From: Mobula hypostoma
Taxonomy: Eukaryota
NCBI RefSeq assembly: GCF_963921235.1
Contig: NC_086097.1
Location: 40,736,001-40,800,000, forward strand
Length of the DNA: 64,000 nt
Direction: 5' to 3'
Shown: positions 26,463-38,104 of the stretch, one piece after another
Layout: every line of letters starts with the position of its first letter
How positions within the stretch are numbered: the first letter of the stretch is position 1
Notes under the pieces: generated by a model
Databases searched by the model: none
What the model saw: only the letters and a program-made list of their open reading frames with translations
Told to the model about the DNA's origin: nothing
Translations under genes and position numbers: made by a program

Positions 26463-26680
26463 AATCTGCAGATGCTGGAAATCCAAAGCAACACACACAA
26501 GATGCTGGAGGAACTCAGCAGGCCAGGCAGCATCTATGGAAAAGAGTACTGTCAACGTTTCAGGCCGAGGCCCTTCAGCAGGACCTGATGAAGGATCTCA
26601 GCCCAAAATGTCAACTGTACTCTTTTCCATAAGATGCTGCCTGGCCTGCTGAGTTCCTCCAGTATTTTTGTGTTTGTTGC
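26463..26680. mobile_element. Palindromic PLE-derived mini-element (two 3' ends head-to-head)
   Basis: Arms 26488-26582 and 26584-26680 are imperfect inverted repeats centred on cagg-a-cctg; each arm carries a degenerate hammerhead motif. Confidence 0.85.
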
Positions 26681-26920
26681 AAGGTGTCTCATAGAACAGC
26701 ACAACACATTATGGGCCCTTCAGCCTACGATGTAATGACCACCCTATTGATACTAAACCCTTCCTCCTCCATAGCCCATAAATCCCCGTTTTTTTTTTAA
26801 ATGCCTATCCAAGTTTTTTAAATGTCCCTAATGTAACAGTGTGAACTGCTACCCCAGCTGTGCTCTCCAGGCACTTAACATTCTCAGTATAAAAAAAACT
26901 AACTCCGCCATCTAAGTGGC

Positions 26921-28384
26921 TAAGTGGCTAATGTAACCCCACTTTTTAAAAAAGGAGGGAGAGAGAAAGCGGGGAATTATAGACCGGTTAGCCTAACTTC
27001 GGTGGTGGGGAAACTGCTGGAGTCAGTTATCAAGGATGTGATAACAGCACATTTGGAAAGCGGTGAAATGATCGGACAAAGTCAGCATGGATTTGTGAAA
27101 GGAAAATCATGTCTGACGAATCTCATAGAATTTTTTGAGGATTTAACTAGTAGAGTATTTGGGGAGAACCAGTGGATGTGGTATATTTGGATTTTCAAAA
27201 GGCTTTTGACAAGGTCCCACACAGGAGATTAGTGTGCAAACTTAAAGCACACGGTATTGGGGGTAAGGTATTGGTGTGGGTGGAGAATTGGTTAGCAGAC
27301 AGGAAGCAAATAGTGGGAATAAACGGGACCTTTTCAGAATGGCAGGCGGTGACTAGTGGGGTACCGCAAGGCTCAGTGCTGGGACCCCAGTTGTTTACAA
27401 TATATATTAATGACTTGGATGAGGGAATTAAATGCAGCATCTCCAAGTTTGCGGATGACACGAAGCTGGGTGGCAGTGTTAGCAGTGAGGAGGATGCTAA
27501 GAGGATGCAGGGTGACTTGGATAGGTTGGGTGAGTGGGCAAACTCATGGCAGATGCAATTTAATGTGGATAAATGTGAAGTTATCCACTTTGGTGGCAAA
27601 AATAGGAAAACAGATTATTATCTGAATGGTGGCCGATTAGGAAAAGGGGAGGTGCAACGAGACCTGGGTGTCATTATACACCAGTCATTGAAAGTGGGCA
27701 TGCAGGTACAGCAGGCAGTGAAAAAGGCGAATGGTATGCTGGCATTTATAGCGAGAGGATTCGAGTACAGGAGCAGGGAGGTACTACTGCAGTTGTACAA
27801 GGCCTTGGTGAGACCACACCTGGAGTATTGTGTGCAGTTTTGGTCCCCTAATCTGAGGAAAGACATCTTTGCCATCGAGGGAGTACAAAGAGGGTTCACC
27901 AGATTGATTCCTGGGATGGCAGGACTTTCATATGAAGAAAGACTGGATGAACTGGGCTTGTACTCGTTGGAATTTAGAAGATTGAGGGGGGATCTGATTG
28001 AAACGTATAAGATCCTAAAGGGATTGGACAGGCTAGATGCAGGAAGATTGTTCCCGATGTTGGGGAAGTCCAGAACGAGGGGTCACAGTTTGAGGATAGA
28101 GGGGAAGCCTTTTAGGACCGAGATTAGGAAAAACTTCTTCACACAGAGAGTGTTGAATCTGTGGAATTCTCTGCCACAGCAAACTGTTGAGGCCAGTTCA
28201 TTGGCTATGTTTAAGAGGGAGTTAGATATGGCCCTTGTGGCTACGGGGGTCAAGGGGTATGGAGGGAAGGCTGGGGTGGAGTTCTGAGTTGGATGATCAG
28301 CCATGATCATAATAAATGGCGGTGCAGGCTCGAAGGGCTGAATGGCCTACTCCTGCACCTATTTTCTATGTTTCTATGTTTCTA
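26921..28384 (+). mobile_element. Young 5'-truncated CR1 LINE (RT plus C-terminus, one frameshift near 27160)
   Basis: ORFs 26924-27232 and 27172-28287 (371 aa: YLDFQKAFDKVPH, GVPQGSVLGP, KFADDTK); tail (TTTCTATG)n at 28362-28384. Confidence 0.95.
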
Positions 28385-28553
28385 TCTCCCTCCACCTTTT
28401 CAATCTACTCCTCAGCTTTTTCTCTCCAGTCCTGCCGAAGGGTTTCGGCCCAAAATGTCAGCTGTACTCTTCTCCATAGATGCTGCCTGGCCTGCTGAGT
28501 TCCTCCATTTCATGTGTATTGCTCAGATTTCCAGCATCTGCAGATTTTCTTTT
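28385..28553 (+). mobile_element. PLE 3' terminal fragment with degenerate hammerhead motif (28428-28463)
   Basis: agtc-CTGCCGA-a-gggtttcggccc-AAAA-tgtc followed by gatgctgcctggcctgctgagttcctcc...ccagcatctgcag. Confidence 0.85.
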
Positions 28554-30189
28554 GTCCAACATCTCCCCTAAACTTTCCTCCACTCACCTTCAAAGGATGT
28601 CCTCTGGTATTAGTAACTGGTGCTCAGGGTAAAAGGCGCTGGCTGTCCACTCTATTTATTCCTGTTATAATTTTAGCCACCTCCATCATGTCGCCTCTCA
28701 TCTTCCTTTGCTCCAAAGAGAAAAGCCCCAGCTTGCTCAGTCTTTCCACGTAAAAATATTCTCTAATCTAGGGAGCATCCTAATAAATCTCCTCTACGCC
28801 CTCTCTAAACCTTCCACATCCATCCTATAAAGAGACAACCAGAGCTGAACACAATACTCCAAATATGATCTAACTAGAATTTTATAGAGTTGCACTCTTG
28901 AACTTTGAGGGATCTATGACATTGGACTCGACATTCCCTCTTTTTCTCCACACTGCTAAGATTCCTGCTACAAACCTTGTACTCTAACTTCAAGTTCGAC
29001 CTTCCAAAGTGAATCACTTCACACTTTTCCAGATTGAATTTCGTTTGCTACTTCTCAGTCTAGCTCTGCATCCTATCAATGCCCCGTTGTAACCTATGCC
29101 AACCTTCTGCACTATCCACAAAACTGCCAACCTTTAAATCTTCTGCTCACTTAATAGCCCACCCTTTCACTCCTTCACTTGCAAAAATCAGGCAGAATAC
29201 GCTCCATTTACAACCACATTCTGCCTTCTGTGGACTAGCCAATTCTGAATCCACGATACCAAGTTTCCCAGGATCCCATGCCTCATGACTTTCTGGATGA
29301 GGCTTCCATGAGGAACCTTGTTGAATGTCTTACTAACCTCCATGTACGCCACATCCATCACTCTATCTTCATTTATTTGTTTTGTCGCTTCCTTGAAAAA
29401 TTCAGTCAAGTTCGTGAAGCACAGCCTGGCCCTGACAAAGACATGCAGATTATCCCTAATAAGACTATGCCTCTCCAAATAATTGTAAATCCTATATCTT
29501 GGAATCCTCTTCATTATTTTTCCAACCAGTGATGCAAGACTCACTTGTGTATAAATTCCCAGGGTTATCACTATTACCTTTCTTGAACAAAGGTATATTT
29601 GCCATCCTGCAAATGTCTGGTTCTACTCCTGTGGCCAGTGAGGATGCAAAGATCATCTTCAATGCCCCAACAATTTCTTTTCTCACTTCCTGTATAATCT
29701 TGCGTATATCCCATCCGGCTCCATAGACTTAACTATCCGAACATTTTTCAAAAGCTCCAACACTGCCTCTTTCTTAACCTCAGCATAATTCAGCTTATTA
29801 ACCCATTCCACACTAACCTTATATGTTCCTCTCACTGATCAACATAGAAGCAATGTATTCATGAAGGACCTCCCTACCTCCTCTGATTTCAGCCACATTT
29901 CCCACTTTATCCCTGAACAGTCCTACCCACACTCTAGTCATCCCTCTGTTCGTGAGGTAAGTGTAGAACATTTTGGAGTTTTCTTGTCCTTGAATGGATG
30001 AGTTCTGTAAATTCTGTTAAAATTCCAATACAGTCAACATCCAATCTGTACTTTTTAAGCTCACTGCAATATAACCTGGACTACTAGTTTTCTGTGAAGC
30101 AAGTTTTGAAACCATGTGACTAAACATATGACAAATTTTCTTTCTAAGTGTTGACCTATGTTGTTATTTTAGAAGGATTTCATAATTAA

Positions 30190-30760
30190 AATGGCCAGTA
30201 CAGTGGCCTAGCTGTTAGTGTAATACTATTCAGCACCAGCAATGCTGGGTTCAATTCTGTCACTGTCTGTAAAGAGTTTGTGCATTCTCCCCATGACCAT
30301 GTGGGTTTCTTTTGGGTGCTCTGGTTCCCTCCTACATTCCAGAGATGTACAATACATGTTGGTTGGTTATTTAGTCACACGGGTGTAATTAGCCAGCATG
30401 GGCTTGTTGGGCGAATAGGGTCTGTTGGAGCGTGGCCAAGTGTTAAGGCGTTGGTCTAGAGATCTGAAGGTTGCTAGTTCGAGCCTCAGCTGAGGCAGCG
30501 TGTTGTGTCCTTGAGCAAGGCACTTAACCACACATTGCTCTGCGACGACACCGGTGCCAAACTGTATCGGCCCTTGTGCCCTTCCTTTGGACAACATCGG
30601 TGACGTGGAGAGGGGAGACTTACAACATGGGCAACTGCTGGTCTTCCATAAAACCTTGCCCAGGCCTGCACCCTGGAAACCTTCCAAGGTGCAAATTCAT
30701 GGTCTCACGAGACTAACAGGTGCCTAGGGTCTGTTACCATGCTCTATCTCTAAGTAAGAA
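30190..30760 (+). mobile_element. tRNA-derived V-SINE (HE1-like), interrupted by a second SINE
   Basis: Box A/B-like head (tggcctagctg...gggttcaattc); central ttctccccatgaccatgtgggtttc...gggtgctctggtt domain; CR1-like tail. Confidence 0.7.
30427..30724 (+). mobile_element. tRNA-derived SINE with CORE-like central block, 11-bp TSD TAGGGTCTGTT
   Basis: Box A tggccaagtgtt, box B gttcgagcc, central gtgtccttgagcaaggcacttaacc. TSD at 30416-30426 and 30725-30735. Confidence 0.85.
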
Positions 30761-32359
30761 AATAAAATTTAAAGAAAACAAAATTAAGCTGAAAGTGCAT
30801 ACGGGTGACTGAGCTCATAATGATTGTACATTTTGCATTGCTTGCTATTTTGGTGCAGGTTTGTGTTGTGTAGTTCCTTTGCCTACATATAATGGCTAAG
30901 TAATGATGAAGGTTTTGTTATGGAAAATCCAGATCTTTGTTTGGTAACAGGTCCTGATGAGAGGGTGTACATTATCTTTTTCTGCCCAGTGCATTGACTC
31001 TTATTTGAGAATTTACAGTTGTCAGGCTGCCAATGACCAGTCATTGACCAATCTCCATAAGCAATGGCAGCGTAGTAAGGATTGGCAAATCTTTTAATCG
31101 AAGAAATGTAGCTGTTTGTCCGTTCAAAGCCCACCCTCCTTTACCCCACCGAAAGATAATTGAACTCTATTTTAGAATACAATCGGTAGCTCAATTGAAA
31201 CAGAGTTGTATAAGTTTGAAAGTGTTAGTATTGCATCAAGAATTTTATACCAGTAAGCAGTTAGGAAAGCAAACACTCAACAGATGTTTTTTCAAAGTAT
31301 CTGTCAATCTCCAGGCTTGATGAAGGATATTAATTTATAATGAGGAATTGCTGATAAAGAATTTGAATGCACTGTTTAATTCTCTTAACCCATGTGCCTA
31401 ATGAGGCTACAATATCATACATAATCCAATTTCTGAAGGCATGAAGTAATATATAACACATATTATCAATGTTTTCTAATGAGAAATGTCTTCAAAGTTG
31501 TTTGTAAGGTTAGCATTATTATTCTTCTAGTGTTCTGTCACATAATAATGAGAAAATAACACTGAATAATTTGAAAATATCTGTTCCTAAATTGGAGTGA
31601 CTTTATGGGAGATTAAATTCCTCTAAAGCAGCAACCAACCATATGTATTCCCAGTCATAACAGAGCGAAGGGCATGAAGCTGATAAACCTTGTCATTTGA
31701 TCTTTGTGATCTGACAATTAATCCATGTCACATTGAGGTGTTCAGCTTCTCATTTCTCTTGTAGCTATGAGATTTTCAAATTAAATTAACTTTGATGGGA
31801 CAGTGCAAGGTGAATTCTGGGGTGGCAAGTTCACAAGTAACTCATCTTTAAATTCCCTGTAGAGAGCAGCATCTGCAGAAATGTGACCATCTATAACACT
31901 TGTGGAAATTAAGAGCATAGACCAAAATTCTTCTGTATTTATCCATTTGAATTGGAGTGGATCGGCTTTGATGACCCCCAGAACAAAATAAATACAATAC
32001 CATTAATAGTACAATTTAATTCTGAATTCCCACCCCCATCGGAAGGGAACCCACTTTGCATTTGAATTGGCTTCAAAATGGAATACTTTTTCAAAGTGAA
32101 TTGGAACCTGAGATCGAACGTGGGAGGTTGGTGTTATTGCAGAATACAATTAATAATAGTCTGATCTACCTCTGACCCAGAGGTAGATCCTTGATAACAG
32201 ATTACCAAGGTTATCTGTTCTTTTCTGTTTTACTCTAAACGAATCTGGGAAGTTGGACTGAATTCTCTTCAGTGCACAGGGAGTGAAAACATTACCAGTG
32301 TTACAGGCTAACGATCTGCATGACTTTGATGTGTTAAATTCTATCAGTTCTCATAGATT

Positions 32360-33000
32360 CTGCTTTCTCTGGCGGACAGAGCGACAGATCTCCCAGTGGC
32401 CACACATTTTAATTCCACATCCCATTCCCATTCTGACATGTCTATCCACGGCCTCCTCTACTGTAAAGATGAAGCCACACTCCGTTTGGAGGAACAACAC
32501 CTTATATTCCGTCTGGGTAGCCTCCAACCTGATGGCATGAACATTGACTTCTCTAACTTCCGCTAATGCCCCACCTCCCCCTCGTACCCCATCCGTTATT
32601 TATTTTTATACACACATTCTTTCTCTCACTCTCCTTTTTCTCCCTCTGTCCTTCTGACTATACCCCTTGCCCATCCTCTGGGTTCCCCCCCCCGCCCCCT
32701 TTTGTCTTTCTCCCTGGGCATCCTATCACATGATCCTCTCATATCCCCTTTGCCAATCACCTGTCCAGCTCTTGGCTCCATCCCTCCCCCTCCTGTCTTC
32801 TCCTATCATTTTGGATCTCCCCCTCCCCCTCCCACTGTCAAATCTCTTACTAACTCTTCCTTCAGTTAGTCCTGACGAAGGGTCTCGGCCTGAAACGTCA
32901 ACTGTACCTCTTCCTAGAGATGCTGCCCAGCCTGCTGCATTCACCAGCAACTTTTATGTGTGTTGCTTGAATTTCCAGCATCTGCAGAATTCCTGTTGTT
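32360..33000 (+). mobile_element. 5'-truncated PLE (end of GIY-YIG plus pLTR)
   Basis: DLPVATHFNS...LEEQHLIFRLGSLQPDGMNIDFSNFR-stop, then a pyrimidine-rich UTR; same subfamily as 50121-51068. Confidence 0.9.
32868..32903 (+). ncRNA. Minimal hammerhead ribozyme motif, core intact, stems I and II slightly weakened
   Basis: agtc-CTGACGA-a-gggt-ctcg-gcct-GAAA-c-GTC-aact. Confidence 0.65.
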
Positions 33001-33607
33001 AGGTCTACAGAAGCAAGTTTCAGAAATGAATTATGATGCCTGCCTATTGATATGTTGTGTATTTAATACAAGAGTCTGTTGGTAGATTTTATATGAAAGG
33101 TTTCATTGATATTGAAGTTGGTACTTTAGTTCAAAACATACCAAGGTTTTAAACTCCCCTTTTGATTTTACAATAGCCTGAAATCTGTGAGACTGTGGTC
33201 CAAGTTTTACAGGGCAGTGTTGAGATTTCTCCTGGTAAATAAAAGATACTTCAATATTTGATGCTGCTGTCATTTGCTCACAGTTTGTTTTCTTAATTTG
33301 GTTGGGTGTATTTAGAATTAAGTTATTAGGCAAGTGTATGAATTATATAACAGTTTTGAAATCTGTGATCCCTACCCAGAACAAATTCAAAACTTGAATT
33401 GGAAATCAAAGGTCCAAAATAATTTCTATGCACTTTGGAAAGAAAACTGGCTTTGTGTTGTTTATTAGATTGAAGAGTAGTGGCATTCATGTGGAGTAGT
33501 GCTATAGTGGCATTCCTTGGGGTCAGTGATCTGAATGACCCAAACTTGAATATAAGGGTGCAATTTCAGAGCTTGCAGATATCCTGAGGATATCTGCAAA
33601 GAGGACT

Positions 33608-35096
33608 TGAATCCTCTTTGGCTGCAGGAGAGGTGCCAGAGGATTGGAGAATGGCAAATGTAGTTCCCTTGTTTAAAAAAGGTAATAGGGCGAATCCTGG
33701 GAACTATAGACCGGTGAGTCTTATGTTGGTGGTCTGCAAACTATTGGAAAGGATTCTTAAGGATAGGATTTATGAGCATTTGGAGAAGTACAGTCTACTC
33801 AAGGATAGTCAACATGGCTTTGTGAAGGGAAGATCGTGCCTCACAAGCCTAATTGAGTTTTTTGAAGAGGTAACAAAAGAAATTGATGAGGATAGGGCAG
33901 TAGTTGTGGTCTACATGGAGCTTAGCAAAGCATTTGACAAGATCCCCCACGAGAGACTCATCCAGAAAGTCATGAGGCATGGGATCAGTGGAACCTTGGC
34001 TGTTTGGATAAAAAAATTGGCTTACAGGAAGAAAGCAGAGGGTAGTAGTGGAAGGAAAGTATTCTGCCTGGAGGTCAGTGACAAGTGGAGTGCTGCAAGG
34101 ATCTGTCCTGGGACCCCTGCTCTTTGTGATTTTTATAAATGACCTGGATGAAGAAGCAGAAGGATGGTGAGTAAGTTTGCGGACGACATGAAGATTGGAG
34201 GAGTTGTGGATGGAGCTGTAGGTTGTCGAAGGTTACAAGAGGATATAGACAGGATGCAGAGTTGGGCAGAGAAGTGGCAGATGGAGTTCAATCCGGATAA
34301 GTGTGAAGTGATGCATTTTGGAAGAACATACCAGAAGGCTGAGTACAGGGTTAATGGTCGGTTACTTAAGAGTGTAGGTGAACAGAGGGACCTTAGGGTT
34401 CAAATCCATACATCCCTCAAGGTCACTGCACAGGTTGATAGGATAGTTAAGAAGGCTTATGGGATGCTAGGCTTCATTAATAGGGTGATTGAGTTCAAGA
34501 GTACAGAGGTCATGTTGCAACTCTACAAATCTCTGGTGAAACCACACTTAGAGTATTGTGTTCAGTTCTGGTCACCTTATTATAGGAAGGATGTGGAAGC
34601 TATGGAGAGGGTGCAGAGGAAATTTACCAGAATGTTGCCTGGATTGGAAAACAAGTCTTATGAGGCAAGGTTAGCAGAGCTGGGACTTTTCTCTTTGGAG
34701 CGTGGAAGGATGAGAGGGGACTTGATAAAAGTCTACAAGATTATGAGAGGCATAGATAGGGTGGATAGCCAGTACCTGTTTCCCAGGGCATGAATAGCAA
34801 ACACCAGAGGGCATATGTACAAAGTTAAGGGAGGGAAGTTTAGGAGAGACATCAGGGGTAAGTTTTTTTTTATTTTTTACACAGAGGGTTGTGGTGCCTG
34901 GAATGACTTGCCAGGGGTGGTGGTGGAGGCTAAAACATTAGGGGTATTTAAGAGCCTCTTGGACAAACACATGGATGAAAGAAAAATAGAGGGTTATGGG
35001 GTAGTGTGGGTTTAGTACTTTTTTTTAGGAATAAGGGCCGGCACAACATCGAGGGCCGAAGGGCCTGTACTGTGCTGTAGTATTCTAGTGTCTAGT
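33608..35096 (+). mobile_element. 5'-truncated CR1 LINE RT (frameshifts and a stop), (TCTAGTG) tail
   Basis: ORFs 33618-34142 and 34164-34793: VPEDWRMANVVPLFKKG, SQHGFVKGRSC, KFADD, PHLEYCVQFWSP. Confidence 0.93.
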
Positions 35097-35179
35097 GATA
35101 GCATGAGAGCTTATACTGTAGATTGGTAAAATGTGCAGACCCATGGGAGATGAAATTTAATGCAGAGACTGAGAAATTT

Positions 35180-35555
35180 ATAATCAAAATACGTATATGT
35201 CACCATATACAACCCTGAGATTTAGTTCTTGCAGGCATTCACAGTAAATGCAAAGAAATACAATAGAGTCAATAAAAAGCTACATAGAAACCAAGACTGA
35301 CAAACAACAAATATGCAAAAGAAGATGAACTGTGGAAATACAAAAAATAACAATAATAATAATAATAAAAAACAAACAAACAGTACTGAGAACATGAGTC
35401 ATAGAATCCTTGAAAGTGAGTCCAGCGAATGTGAAATTAGGTCAGGGTTGAGGTGACTGAAGCTGTCTACACTGGTTCAAGAGCCCGATGGTTGAAAGAT
35501 AATAACTGTTCCTAAACCTGATGGTGTGGGACCTTAGGCTCCTGTACCTCCTCAC
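35180..35555 (-). mobile_element. Rex-type LINE 3' UTR fragment
   Basis: Homologous to 23740-24160 and 20135-20500. Confidence 0.75.
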
Positions 35556-36124
35556 CTGTTCTACAGTTCCCTGCCCTGGATAAAACAAACTCTCTCTATC
35601 TATCCTATTGGCACCCCTCATAATTTTTAAAATCTTTGTAAGGTTCCTGTTATGTTTTGTAATTCCAAAACATTAAACTAATTGAAAGAGAAAGATAGGA
35701 GTGTTTACTTTAAGTGAGATGCATACATATCATGTGGTAGTATCATGCTGAATGCAGTTTATATTTTTTTTACAAATAACCAGAAATGAATTATCTAAAT
35801 GAACAAGAGTCCTTAATCAAATGATATATTTACAATATTATTCAAATACTACTGAAATATTGAATACACTACACACTTCCCTGCACCTCAGCTATATACT
35901 ATTATAATCCACAGCATTGTATATTCAGGCCTAGAGATTTAATCACTATGGAGGCTTTCCTACTCTAATGGGCTAACGCCTTTAGGGGTTCTCTCTGGTT
36001 GACAGGTGAAACTTGTGGCTGTGAAACAATCTCAGGTTCTGGGACCCCCTCCGTGGTGTTTCTAAGAGAGGACTCTGGCAGTACAGGGAGTTCTGATAAT
36101 TCTGGACAGCATTATTCTCTAACA

Positions 36125-36681
36125 CTTACAGTACGCTGGAGGAACCCAGCAGGTCGGGCAGCATCAGTGGAAATGATGAGTCGACGTTTCGGGCCGGAAC
36201 CCTTCATCAGGACTGAAGAGTGAAGGAGGGGGAAGGATTTGAAGAATGCTTGTAGGTTCGGTTGAAAGACCAGTAATTTGAAAGACAAAGGGGTGGGGGA
36301 GGGGAAGCATCGAAGTCATAGGCAGGAAAACAATGGGTAGTAAATGAAGGAGGCGGAATCATGGAGGTTATAGGCAGCTGGGGGAGGGGACAGAGTGAAA
36401 TAGGGATAGAGGAAGGGAGGGGGAGGGAATTACTGGAAGTTGAAGAATTCTATGTTCATACCAAGGGGCTGAAGACTACCTAGACAGTATGTGGGGTGTT
36501 GCTCCTCCAACCTGAGTTTAGCCTCATCATGGCAGTAGAGGAGGCCATGTATGGACATATCTAAATGGGAATGGGAAGCAGATTTGAAGTGGGTGACTAC
36601 CGGGAGATCCTGTCTGTTGTGGCAGACAGAGTGGAGGTGTTCAACGAAGCGGTCCGCAAATCGCTAACAAATCCCCAAATT
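36125..36681 (-). mobile_element. 5'-truncated PLE inserted in Gypsy, 14-bp TSD ATTATTCTCTAACA
   Basis: Reverse complement matches 14800-15360. TSD at 36111-36124 and 36682-36695. Confidence 0.9.
36179..36214 (-). ncRNA. Minimal type I hammerhead ribozyme motif with intact core
   Basis: Minus strand reads AGTC-CTGATGA-A-GGGT-tccg-GCCC-GAAA-C-GTC-GACT: stem I AGTC/GACT, stem II GGGT/GCCC, palindromic ACGT stem III, GUC triplet. PLE-associated minimal hammerheads are an established class. Confidence 0.75.
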
Positions 36682-37838
36682 ATTATTCTCTAACAATTGC
36701 ATCTGTTCTCCTCAACCAATCAATATGTTGTCACCAGATGATATCAGATGCAGTCTCCACTGTGTAGGAAAGTGGTCCAGTTCTGTCCTTAATCTTTCAG
36801 AGTACCTACTTTTGATCAAGTTCGAGTTCAAGCGGTGGAGCACAATAGCCAGGTTTGGCAGGAACCTGTTACAGTTTCTTGCCAAGATTGCTTGTCTGGG
36901 TGTGAAACATCGAACTTTTTTGTTTGAGGAGCCTGCAACTTGTCCCAGCTGTTTGTCCTGCATATTCCTTCTAAGATTGGGTTTGAGGAGACCCAAGCAT
37001 GAATGCAAGGGATAACCCAGGAACAGCATAGCTGGTGAGTTGTTAGTTGCAGAGTGTGTTGCATTATGATGTGCAAGGAGGAAGTAGGCGAGCTTCTGAT
37101 TTAGTGTCAGTGTAGTGCGTTCTGCTGACATTGCTCACAGTGCATTCTTTAGACCCTAGACAAACTTTTCCACCAAGCCACTGTAGCTGAGTGTTACGGT
37201 GTAGATGTAAAATGCCATTCATTTTCAGGAAGGATTGAAGCTGCTCCACCATAAACTGTGGGTCATTGTCGCTAACTAAGTGTTCCAGAACATCAGTACT
37301 TGCGAAGAGTCTTCTCAACACATCGACGGTGCATGAGGCTGTAATGGAGGCTATTGGGAACACTTCTGGCCACTAAGTAGCTACATCCACTGATACTGAG
37401 AAATTTGTGCCCATAAATGGTCCGGCAATATCGAATTGAATCCTCTGCCGGGGCAATGTATCTTCTGGACGTGTTTGCATGCTACTGATCGATCCCAGAC
37501 TACCAGGCAAAGCTGCAGGCCAACGATTTCATTTTAATCAAGCCTTGATGATTAGCATGTAGCTCCTCCAGCACTTATGCTCTCAACTTGGATGGTACGA
37601 CAACTTGCAATCTCCACAAGTATAAACCTCTGTCAAGGGCAAATTCATCTCGGCGCGGGTAAAAATGGGAGAACTAGAGTTTCTGCTGCACATTCCTGTC
37701 ACGTAGACCTGAGACAGTACAGGGTGTTTGCTGCTTTCCCTTTGGATTATTTCTGCTGTAAAAGGGAAACTTCTGATTTGTATTAGGGAGAATATGACTT
37801 CAGGAATGTCCTCGTTTGTAAATTTTTTCAGGTATTTT

Positions 37839-38104
37839 CCAGATTTGGGAACAGCTTCTTTCCAACTGTGATAAGACTGCTAACGGATCCTGACCCGGAT
37901 CTGGGCCGTACCCTCCAAATATCCGGACCTGCCGCTTGGATTTCTTTGCACTACCTTACTTTCCCTTTTCTATTTTATACTTATGATTTATAATTTAAAT
38001 TTTTAATATTTACCATCGATTTGAAATCCAGGGAGCGCAAGGCGCAAAATCAAATATCAATGATTGCACGCTCTAGTATCAATTGTTTGGTGACAATAAA
38101 GTAT
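37839..38104 (+). mobile_element. Rex-type LINE extreme 3' fragment inserted in Gypsy
   Basis: Terminal motif RFGNSFFPTVIRLL followed by a UTR ending gacaataaagta. Confidence 0.7.

Larger units (their letters stand above)
26690..29990 (-). mobile_element. Old CR1 LINE remnant (pieces ~26690-26913 and ~28556-29990) interrupted by a young CR1 and a PLE fragment
   Basis: Minus-strand motifs PLFKKGNSDNPGN, CFTNLTEFFKEATKQI and FNKVPHGSLIQK; 3' tail near 26690. Confidence 0.8.

Noticed and set aside
30427..30500. tRNA gene (also 58340-58410)
   Set aside because: Box A/B heads continue into SINE bodies bounded by TSDs, and no complete cloverleaf is supported.
31765..31809. 45-nt exon with good acceptor and AAG/gtgaat donor
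   Set aside because: Stop codons occur in all three frames; only a non-coding or poison exon is possible and there is no evidence for one.
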